NCBI GenBank assembly: GCA_036676295.1
Contig: JAKFDE010000035.1
Location: 18,727-82,726 of the forward strand
Direction of reading: 5' to 3'
Origin: Bacteroidia bacterium
GTDB lineage: Bacteria > Bacteroidota > Bacteroidia > B-17B0 > Aurantibacillaceae
Length of the DNA: 64,000 nt
In this document: one piece after another, positions 47,625 through 55,050 of the stretch
How positions within the stretch are numbered: position 1 is the stretch's first letter
Layout: every line of letters begins with the position of its first letter
Position numbers and translations under genes: made by a program
The notes under the pieces: model-generated
Databases searched by the model: none
Told to the model about the DNA's origin: nothing
What the model saw: only the letters and a program-made list of their open reading frames with translations

Positions 47625-47662
47625 CCCCTCTCCTCAAAGGAGAGGGGCCAGGGGTGAGGTCG
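47625..47662. repeat. REP-like G/C-rich palindromic element (CCCCTC..GAGGGG family)
   Basis: CCCCTCTCC-tcaaa-GGAGAGGGG ccaggggtgaggtcg, immediately after the sirC::TSUP stop. A likely terminator-like hairpin. Confidence 0.7.
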
Positions 47663-47731
47663 TTATGAGTAACCGCACTTTTGTTCAAGCAAAAAGAAAA
47701 GATAAATAATAATAAAATAAAAAAAACAAAT

Positions 47732-48742
47732 ATGATAACAACAGACATAGCTATTGTAGGCGCAGGACCGGTAGCATTATTTGCCATTTTTGAAGCAGGG
47801 CTTTTGAAAATGAGATGTCATTTAATTGATTACTTGCCACAAGTTGGCGGACAATTATCAGAGATCTATCCTAAGAAACCAATTTATGATATTCCCGGGT
47901 ATCCTACAGTGTTAGCGCAGGAATTGATCGATAATTTAGTGAAGCAAGCTGAGCCGTTTGGCCCAACTTATACCTTAGGTGAGCGTATTGAATCATTGGA
48001 AAAAATTGGCGACCGTGATTTTATTTTAACCACCAATATGGGTACAAAGATCAATGCAAGTGCTGTAGTAATTGCAGGTGGATTGGGCTGTTTTGAACCT
48101 CGTAAACCGGAAGTAGAAGGCTTACATCGTTTTGAAAATGGGAAAGGAATTAGTTACATGATACTGGATCCTGAAACATATCGTGATAAAAAATTAGTAA
48201 TTGCCGGTGGTGGAGATAGTGCTTTGGATTGGAGTATTTTTTTAGCAGATATTGCTAAAGAAGTGACCTTGGTTCATAGAAGTGAATCGTTCCGTGGAGC
48301 ACCTGATAGCGTGAATAAAGTAATGACATTAGCACAGCAGGGAAAAATTAATTTATTATTGAATTCTAATTTATCTAACGTGGGTGGTAATGGTGTTTTA
48401 AAAAGTGTGGGTGTTGTAAATATTAAAACAAAAGAAGAACAAATTATTGAAGCCGATAATTTAATTCCGTTGTTCGGTTTAAGTCCTAAGTTAGGGCCAA
48501 TTGAAGGCTGGGGATTAAATATTGATAAAAATGCCATTGAAGTAAATACGGATGATTATTCAACCAACATCGAAGGGGTGTATGCCATTGGTGATATCAA
48601 TACGTATAAAAATAAATTAAAACTGATCTTGTGTGGTTTTCATGAGGCGGCATTAATGAGTCATAGCGCTTATAAATACATTAATCCGGGCGTTAAGTAT
48701 ACTATGAAATATACAACGGTGAATGGTGTTAATTCTTTTTAG
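47732..48742 (+). CDS. Ferredoxin-NADP+ reductase, thioredoxin-reductase-like (YumC type)
   Basis: IAIVGAGPVALFA FAD site, LPQVGGQLSEIYPKKPIYDIPGYP, GGGDSALDW and AIGDI motifs match TrxR-type FNR. The ORF-track start at 47681 is TTG, so ATG at 47732 is preferred. Confidence 0.8.
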   Translation: MITTDIAIVGAGPVALFAIFEAGLLKMRCHLIDYLPQVGGQLSEIYPKKPIYDIPGYPTVLAQELIDNLVKQAEPFGPTYTLGERIESLEKIGDRDFILTTNMGTKINASAVVIAGGLGCFEPRKPEVEGLHRFENGKGISYMILDPETYRDKKLVIAGGGDSALDWSIFLADIAKEVTLVHRSESFRGAPDSVNKVMTLAQQGKINLLLNSNLSNVGGNGVLKSVGVVNIKTKEEQIIEADNLIPLFGLSPKLGPIEGWGLNIDKNAIEVNTDDYSTNIEGVYAIGDINTYKNKLKLILCGFHEAALMSHSAYKYINPGVKYTMKYTTVNGVNSF

Positions 48743-48744
48743 TG

Positions 48745-48786
48745 GTCACTTCGAGTACCGACGAAGGAGGTGTATCGAGAAGTGAT
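48745..48786. repeat. REP-like palindromic element (GTCAC..GAG..TCGAG family)
   Basis: gtcacttcgagtaccgacgaaggaggtgtatcgagaagtgat, between the FNR and osmC genes. Confidence 0.6.
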
Positions 48787-48843
48787 TGAAATTAAAATAG
48801 ATTAATAGAATAAAGTATATTTAAATAAATAAATTTTAAGAAT

Positions 48844-49257
48844 ATGAAAATTAATTTAAAACGACTGGATAATGATTTTAACATCGAAGCTACCAATGAA
48901 GATGGAAATACTTTATTAATGGATGGTTCAGCCGAGATCGGTGGACATGGAAAAGGAATGCGTCCAATGCAACTATTGTTAGCTGCTGTTGGAGGATGCA
49001 GTGCTATTGATGTGATCCTGATCTTGAAAAAACAAAAACAAGTCATCGACTCTTTTGAGATCGAAGTGGATGGTGAGCGAGAGAAGATCGAAGATTATTC
49101 TTTGTTCAGAGATATTGTTCTGCATTTTAAAATCAAAGGACAAGTGGATTATGATAAAGCAGAGCGAGCTATTAAATTATCTATGGATAAATATTGTTCT
49201 GTTTCTAAAACATTGGAATCAACCGCAAAGATCACTTATAAATTAACGATTAACTAG
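48844..49257 (+). CDS. OsmC-family protein
   Basis: 137 aa. GMRPMQLLLAAVGGCSAIDV and KYCSVSKTL contain the two conserved OsmC cysteines. Confidence 0.8.
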   Translation: MKINLKRLDNDFNIEATNEDGNTLLMDGSAEIGGHGKGMRPMQLLLAAVGGCSAIDVILILKKQKQVIDSFEIEVDGEREKIEDYSLFRDIVLHFKIKGQVDYDKAERAIKLSMDKYCSVSKTLESTAKITYKLTIN

Positions 49258-49262
49258 AACCA

Positions 49263-50432
49263 ATGAAAGATAAACATTTTGAAACCCAGGCCATTCGTGC
49301 TCAATTTGAGCGTAGCGATAATAACGAACATTCTGTTCCATTATATTTAACATCTAGTTTTGTATTTGATACAGCGGAAGAAATGCGCGCGGCTTTTAAC
49401 GAAGAGTCGGATGATTTTATTTATTCGCGCTACATCAATCCAAACACGAATGAGTTCATTAACAAAGTATGTTTACTGGAAGGGGCTGAATCTGGTTTGG
49501 CAACAGCTTCAGGTATGGCCGCTATTTTTACTACGTTCATGACGATCTTAAAATCCGGTGACCATGTGGTGTCCTGTTCTTCGGTATTTGGCGCAACACA
49601 TGCCGTCTTTACCAAGTATTTTCCTAAATGGAATATTTCTTATTCTTATTTTAATACAGGTAATGTTGAAGAGATCGAAAAACTGATCAAGCCCGAAACT
49701 AAATTTATTTATTTAGAAACACCTACTAATCCTGCTATCGAATTAATTGATCTGGAATTAGTTGCTAAAGTGGCTAAGAAACATAATATCCTATTGATCG
49801 TAGATAATTGTTTTGCAACACCTTATTTACAACAACCAATTAAGTTTGGTGCTGATCTGGTAATTCACTCAGCTACTAAATACATGGATGGACAAGGTCG
49901 TGTGTTGGGTGGAATTGTAGTTGGTAAGAAAGAGTTGATACACGATATTTATTTATTTGGCAGATTAACAGGACCGTCTATGAGTCCGTTTAATGCCTGG
50001 GTGTTAAGTAAGAGTTTAGAAACCTTGGCATTACGTATGGACAGGCATTGTGAGAACGCATTACATGTAGCACAAAAATTAGAGGGACATACCAAATTAG
50101 AAAATGTGTCTTATCCGTTTTTGCCTTCTCATCCGCATCATGCTATTGCTAAAAAACAAATGAAAGCAGGTGGAGGGATCATTACTATTACGGTGAAAGG
50201 TGGTTACGAAGCAGCTAAAACATTTTTGGATAAATTACAAATGATAAAAATTTCTCCAAACTTAGGTGATGCACGAAGTATTGTTACACATCCTGCTTCT
50301 TCAACACATTGTAAATTAAGTGAGGAAGAACGATTAAAGGTTGGTATCACGCCGGGATTAATTCGCGTATCTATTGGATTAGAAAATAAAGAGGATATTT
50401 TAAATGATATTTTACAAGCATTGAAAGATTAA
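49263..50432 (+). CDS. Cys/Met-metabolism PLP enzyme (cystathionine gamma-synthase / O-acylhomoserine sulfhydrylase family)
   Basis: 389 aa. Trans-sulfuration family pattern including HSATKYMDGQG (PLP-lysine). Confidence 0.85.
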   Translation: MKDKHFETQAIRAQFERSDNNEHSVPLYLTSSFVFDTAEEMRAAFNEESDDFIYSRYINPNTNEFINKVCLLEGAESGLATASGMAAIFTTFMTILKSGDHVVSCSSVFGATHAVFTKYFPKWNISYSYFNTGNVEEIEKLIKPETKFIYLETPTNPAIELIDLELVAKVAKKHNILLIVDNCFATPYLQQPIKFGADLVIHSATKYMDGQGRVLGGIVVGKKELIHDIYLFGRLTGPSMSPFNAWVLSKSLETLALRMDRHCENALHVAQKLEGHTKLENVSYPFLPSHPHHAIAKKQMKAGGGIITITVKGGYEAAKTFLDKLQMIKISPNLGDARSIVTHPASSTHCKLSEEERLKVGITPGLIRVSIGLENKEDILNDILQALKD

Positions 50433-50435
50433 AGA

Positions 50436-50490
50436 GTTCTCGACTTCGCTCGAACTGACATTATTGTCACCCTGAGCGGAGTCGAAGGGC
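50436..50490. repeat. REP-like palindromic element, two half-units
   Basis: gttctcgacttcgctcgaactgac-attatt-gtcaccctgagcggagtcgaagggc, between the PLP enzyme gene and cysH. Confidence 0.7.
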
Positions 50491-50500
50491 GTAAACAAAC

Positions 50501-51199
50501 ATGAAAGAATTAAACAAAATACAAGAACTACTAAAAAACAAATCACCCGAAGCCTCACTCGCTTCACTGGCGGAGCTATTACCTGGAGAGATCGTGTTTT
50601 CTACGAGCTTAGGATATGAAGATCAGGTGATCACACATCAGATCTTTGCAAATAATTTGAATATAGAAATATTCACGTTAGATACGGGAAGGTTGTTTTC
50701 TGAAACTTATTCGGTATGGAACAGTACGTTGGATCGTTACAAAAAACAGATCAAAGTATATTATCCAAACACAGAGGCAGTAGAAAAGTTGGTTTCAGAA
50801 AAAGGTCCATCTTGTTTTTATGAGTCGGTAGATAATAGAAAAGAATGTTGCCATATTCGTAAAGTAGAGCCATTGAAGCGTGCGTTGAAAGGAAAGAAAA
50901 TATGGATCACCGGTATTCGTGCCGAGCAATCAGGTAACAGAAGTGATATGCCTCAGCTAGAATGGGATGAGGCGAATCAAATTATCAAGTTTCATCCGAT
51001 ATTGAATTGGACATTTGAAGAGGTGAAAAGTTTTATCAATAAGCACAATATTCCTTATAACCCTTTGCATGATAAAGGTTTTGTAAGCATAGGCTGCGCT
51101 CCTTGTACCAGAGCTATTCGCGAAGGTGAAGATTTTAGAGCAGGTCGCTGGTGGTGGGAAGATAAAAGTAAAAAAGAATGCGGGTTGCACAGTAAGTAG
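50501..51199 (+). CDS. cysH: Assimilatory adenylyl-sulfate (APS)/PAPS reductase, Fe-S (APS) type
   Basis: 232 aa. C-terminal KKECGLH. Extra Cys pairs KECCHIRKVEPL and SIGCAPCT are characteristic of 4Fe-4S APS reductases. Confidence 0.88.
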   Translation: MKELNKIQELLKNKSPEASLASLAELLPGEIVFSTSLGYEDQVITHQIFANNLNIEIFTLDTGRLFSETYSVWNSTLDRYKKQIKVYYPNTEAVEKLVSEKGPSCFYESVDNRKECCHIRKVEPLKRALKGKKIWITGIRAEQSGNRSDMPQLEWDEANQIIKFHPILNWTFEEVKSFINKHNIPYNPLHDKGFVSIGCAPCTRAIREGEDFRAGRWWWEDKSKKECGLHSK

Positions 51200-51248
51200 T
51201 TTGCAGTAGCGTAAGAAGTCTAAAAAATAACATTAAAATTAAAGTATT

Positions 51249-51302
51249 GTCAGTTCGAGCCTATCGAGAACTAGACACACATCTCGACAAGCTCGATGTG
51301 AC
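51249..51302. repeat. REP-like palindromic element
   Basis: gtcagttcgagcctatcgagaa-ctagacacaca-tctcgacaagctcgatgtgac, between cysH and cysD. The right arm differs by 1 nt from the trpG-trpD copy. Confidence 0.8.
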
Positions 51303-51317
51303 AAAAAAATAAACAAA

Positions 51318-52229
51318 ATGAACAAATACTATTTAAATTATTTAGATCAATTAGAATCCGAAGCGATTCATATCTTAAGAGAAGTTGCAGGGCAATTCGA
51401 ACGTCCTGCCTTATTATTCAGTGGAGGAAAAGATTCGATCACCTTGGTACGTTTGGCAGAAAAAGCTTTTCGTCCGGGCAAGTTTCCTTTCCCTTTAGTG
51501 CATATTGATACGGGTCATAACTTTCCGGAAGCAATTGCCTACCGCGATAATTTAGCTAAGCAGTTAGATGAAAAATTAATTGTACGCTATGTAGCCGATA
51601 CTATTAAAGAAAAAAAGTTAACCGAAACCAAAGGTAAATTTGCAAGTCGTAATGCTTTGCAAACGTATACGTTGTTGGATGTCATCGAAGAATTCAAATT
51701 TGATGTATGTATTGGTGGAGCTCGCAGAGATGAAGAAAAAGCGAGAGCCAAAGAGCGTATTTTTTCGGTAAGAGATGAGTTTGGACAATGGGATCCTAAA
51801 CGTCAACGTCCCGAATTATGGAATACCTACAATGGTAAAATTCACAAAGGAGAAAACGTGAGAGCGTTCCCTATCAGTAACTGGACAGAGTTAGATGTTT
51901 GGAATTATATCAAAAAAGAAAACATCGACTTGCCAAGTATTTATTTTTCACATGAGCGAGAGTGTGTGGTAACACAAGATAGTCAGTTGGTAGCAATGTC
52001 GGATTTTGTGCAACTTGAAGCAAGTGATGTGATCGTAAAAAAACAAGTACGTTACAGAACCGTTGGTGATATGACTTGTACGGCAGCTGTAGAATCAGAA
52101 GCATCGCATATTGATGATATCATTCGCGAAATTTCAGCATCACGTATGAGCGAACGTGGAGAAACCCGCATTGATGATCAGGTATCAGAAGCAGCGATGG
52201 AAGACAGAAAAAAAGGAGGATATTTTTAA
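51318..52229 (+). CDS. cysD: Sulfate adenylyltransferase subunit 2
   Basis: 303 aa. LFSGGKDS PP-loop and typical CysD C-terminus (...RKKGGYF). Confidence 0.95.
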   Translation: MNKYYLNYLDQLESEAIHILREVAGQFERPALLFSGGKDSITLVRLAEKAFRPGKFPFPLVHIDTGHNFPEAIAYRDNLAKQLDEKLIVRYVADTIKEKKLTETKGKFASRNALQTYTLLDVIEEFKFDVCIGGARRDEEKARAKERIFSVRDEFGQWDPKRQRPELWNTYNGKIHKGENVRAFPISNWTELDVWNYIKKENIDLPSIYFSHERECVVTQDSQLVAMSDFVQLEASDVIVKKQVRYRTVGDMTCTAAVESEASHIDDIIREISASRMSERGETRIDDQVSEAAMEDRKKGGYF

Positions 52230-52244
52230 TAAGAACAGACGAAG

Positions 52245-52291
52245 GATAAATGATGAAGGATTAAAGAAGATCCTGTCATGAATCATTTATC
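52245..52291 (+). promoter_or_regulatory. Long hairpin in the cysD-cysN spacer
   Basis: GATAAATGAT (52245-54) pairs with ATCATTTATC (52282-91), with an inner GGAT/ATCC pair. Function unknown. Confidence 0.35.
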
Positions 52292-52314
52292 TTTTATCAT
52301 TAATCAAATAAGAA

Positions 52315-53556
52315 ATGGATATTTTAAGATTTATAACAGCAGGAAGTGTAGACGATGGTAAAAGTACATTGATCGGAAGACTATTGTACGATAGCAAATC
52401 AATATTGGTTGATCAGTTAGCAGCTATCGAAAAACAAAGTAAGAACAAAGAGAATGGTGAAATTGATTTGGCAATTTTAACCGATGGTTTGCGTGCCGAA
52501 CGTGAGCAAGGTATTACTATTGATGTAGCCTATAAATATTTCTCTACACCAAACCGTAAATTCATTATTGCGGATGCTCCAGGGCATATTCAATACACAC
52601 GTAACATGGTAACAGGTGCGAGTAATGCTGATCTGGCGGTTATTTTAGTAGATGCCCGTAAAGGAGTTATTGAACAAACACGTCGTCATTCTATCATTAC
52701 ATCATTGCTTGGTATTAAGCATGTGGTGGTAGCCATTAATAAAATGGACCTAGTTGAGTTTAGCGAAGTTCGTTATAATGAGATCGTGAACGATTACAAA
52801 AATATCCAGAAGCAATTAGGCTTATCTGATATTGTATTTATTCCTATTAGTGCTTTGATCGGTGATAATATTGTAGATGCTTCTTCAAACATGAATTGGT
52901 ATAAAGGAAAACCCTTATTGGATATTTTAGAAAAGGTTGAATTGAATAACGATATCAATTTAACGGATGTGCGTTTTCCGGTGCAGTATGTGATTCGCCC
53001 GCAAACAGACGAACTGCACGATTACAGAGGCTACGCCGGTAAATTATCAAGTGGTATTATTAAAAAAGGTGATAAAGTGGTGATAGCTCCATCAGGAATT
53101 TCATCAACCGTTAAAGCCATTGAAGTAGGAGGGAAGGAAGTGGAAGAAGCATTTGCTCCGCAAAGTATTGTGTTACATTTAGCGGATGATGTGGATGTAA
53201 GTCGCGGAGATATGATCGTAAAACACGATTCACAGCCAACAGTTACTCAGGATCTGGAAGTACTCTTATGTTGGATGGATAGCAAACAATTGGAGATTGG
53301 TTCTAAGTATTTAATTCAGCACAATACCAAACAAGTGCGTTGTGTGGTTAAAGAGATCGATTACAAGCTGAATGTAAATACCCTTGAAAAAGAAACCAAC
53401 ATTGAGTCAGCTCAGTTAAATGATGTGTGCCGTGTGGTTTTAAAAACCGCTGTACCTTTAGCTATTGATAAATACAAAACTATCAGAAACAATGGAAGTG
53501 CTATTTTAATTGATGAAACGAGCTGTGTCACGGTTGGCGCCTGTATCATTCAATAA
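52315..53556 (+). CDS. cysN: Sulfate adenylyltransferase subunit 1 (GTPase), no APS-kinase domain
   Basis: 413 aa. GSVDDGKST G1, DAPGH G3 and NKMD G4 motifs. Ends without a CysC extension. Confidence 0.93.
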   Translation: MDILRFITAGSVDDGKSTLIGRLLYDSKSILVDQLAAIEKQSKNKENGEIDLAILTDGLRAEREQGITIDVAYKYFSTPNRKFIIADAPGHIQYTRNMVTGASNADLAVILVDARKGVIEQTRRHSIITSLLGIKHVVVAINKMDLVEFSEVRYNEIVNDYKNIQKQLGLSDIVFIPISALIGDNIVDASSNMNWYKGKPLLDILEKVELNNDINLTDVRFPVQYVIRPQTDELHDYRGYAGKLSSGIIKKGDKVVIAPSGISSTVKAIEVGGKEVEEAFAPQSIVLHLADDVDVSRGDMIVKHDSQPTVTQDLEVLLCWMDSKQLEIGSKYLIQHNTKQVRCVVKEIDYKLNVNTLEKETNIESAQLNDVCRVVLKTAVPLAIDKYKTIRNNGSAILIDETSCVTVGACIIQ

Positions 53557-53643
53557 ATTTTTACTCGTATCGATGTTAAAATAAGATATCGACTATTAAT
53601 TATAAAGCTTTCACTAATTTTGTACTCAATAAAAAATAAAAAA

Positions 53644-54111
53644 ATGGAATTAATCACAACCTACATTTGTAAAGAGTTTGATATTGGTGTTCACAGTAAC
53701 ATGTTTGGCGGCAAAATAATGTCGCTCATAGATGACGCTGCAGCCTCGTATGCCGCGCAGTTATGTGATACTCCACGTATGGTAACGATCAAATTTGATG
53801 AGCTGGTATTTAAGAAAGGTGTGAAAGTTGGAAGTATTTTAAAAATTTACGGCAAGGTCATTAAGTTTGGAAATAGCTCTTTGCAATTGTACACCGAAAT
53901 GCGTAAGCACAATGTATATACCGGCGAGCAGGAAATTGTAACACATACCAATGTAACTTTTGTACGTATTGACGAAGAAGGAAATGCCATTCCTATTTCT
54001 GAAAGAGTGAAAGTGCGTTATGCTGAGAGATTTAAAAATTTCGGTAAAGGACTTTTAAATAATGAAGAAACCGATAAAGAAAGAGAATTACAGGTAAGTC
54101 AGAAGAATTAA
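53644..54111 (+). CDS. Acyl-CoA thioesterase (hotdog fold, YciA-like)
   Basis: NMFGGKIMSLIDDAAASYA is typical of acyl-CoA hydrolases. The ORF-track start at 53620 is TTG, so ATG at 53644 is preferred. Confidence 0.7.
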   Translation: MELITTYICKEFDIGVHSNMFGGKIMSLIDDAAASYAAQLCDTPRMVTIKFDELVFKKGVKVGSILKIYGKVIKFGNSSLQLYTEMRKHNVYTGEQEIVTHTNVTFVRIDEEGNAIPISERVKVRYAERFKNFGKGLLNNEETDKERELQVSQKN

Positions 54112-54138
54112 GTTTTTGTTGTTTAGTTAGTTATGGAG

Positions 54139-54168
54139 CCACGGGTTATAATGATCCGTGGTTTTTTT
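54139..54168 (+). terminator. Intrinsic terminator after the thioesterase gene
   Basis: CCACGG-gttataatgat-CCGTGG followed by T7. Confidence 0.7.
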
Positions 54169-54173
54169 ATTTC

Positions 54174-54335
54174 AGAACCTGTTAAATTTTATCTTTTAGA
54201 ATTGTTATAGTGTATTTTTAGCCGAAACGTGGCAATTTTTGCAGTCGAAATCGGGTATATTCGGCGAAAAAATTAACGAAGTTGGAGGCAAAAAGACGCC
54301 TAATAAAATAATTAGATAAAATTTAAACAGGTTCT
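54174..54335. repeat. 162 bp element bounded by ~20 bp terminal inverted repeats (MITE-like or structured RNA)
   Basis: Left agaacctgttaaattttatc (54174-93) and right gataaaatttaaacaggttct (54315-35) are reverse complements apart from one extra base. The interior is non-coding with small GCCGAA/TTCGGC hairpins. Confidence 0.5.
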
Positions 54336-54374
54336 AAGACTTTAATTAACTTAGTATGATTCAATTTGTGAGAT

Positions 54375-54845
54375 ATGGAAAAAAACGAGTTTATGGCAGA
54401 AGCCATTAAGTTATCGATAGAGAATGTAACGATCAGAGGAGGAGGACCTTTTGGTTGTGTTGTTGTAAAGGATGGAAAAATTATTGCACGTGGTTATAAC
54501 CAGGTAACGGCTAATAATGATCCAACAGCACATGCCGAAGTAATGGCTATTCGCGAAGCTTGTAAAGTGTTAAATTCATTTCAGTTGAATGATTGCGAAC
54601 TTTATACCAGTTGCGAACCCTGCCCCATGTGTTTAGGTGCCATTTATTGGGCACGCCCGGCAAAAGTATATTATGCCAATACTAAAAAAGATGCGGCGGA
54701 TATTAATTTTGATGATGATTTTATTTATCAGGAATTGGAACTCCCTATGCCTGATCGTAAATTACCTTTTATACAAATAATGCGAACCGAAGCATTAGAA
54801 GCTTTTAAAGCCTGGCAAAACAAAACAGATAAAGATCTGTATTAA
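54375..54845 (+). CDS. guaD: Guanine deaminase (CDA-fold, Bacillus GuaD type) / nucleoside deaminase
   Basis: 156 aa. GGPFGCVVVKDGKIIARGYNQVT..NDPTAHAEV.AIR and YTSCEPCPMCLGAIYWARP closely follow my recollection of B. subtilis GuaD. Confidence 0.75.
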   Translation: MEKNEFMAEAIKLSIENVTIRGGGPFGCVVVKDGKIIARGYNQVTANNDPTAHAEVMAIREACKVLNSFQLNDCELYTSCEPCPMCLGAIYWARPAKVYYANTKKDAADINFDDDFIYQELELPMPDRKLPFIQIMRTEALEAFKAWQNKTDKDLY

Positions 54846-55050
54846 TTGTTTTAAGGCTTATCTCTTTAAATAAAGTGTTATTTATTCAATAATAAATGAA
54901 TGCGCTGATTCCATTATGATCCGGGCTTTCTTATATTCCTTTTGAATTCTCTTTTCATATAATGATCAACCATTAGCCATTTATTGAAGCAACTTTATTT
55001 TTGAGTTGTTTAATGTGATCAAATTTTTTGTTTGGATGTATTAATGTTCT

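Noticed and set aside
48792-49046. 84-aa minus-strand ORF overlapping osmC. Similar small antisense ORFs lie at 44628-44813, 44961-45143, 49430-49615, 50957-51190, 51618-51806 and 51910-52104.
   Set aside because: Each is antisense to a gene with clear family motifs (OsmC, CobA, PLP enzyme, CysH, CysD).
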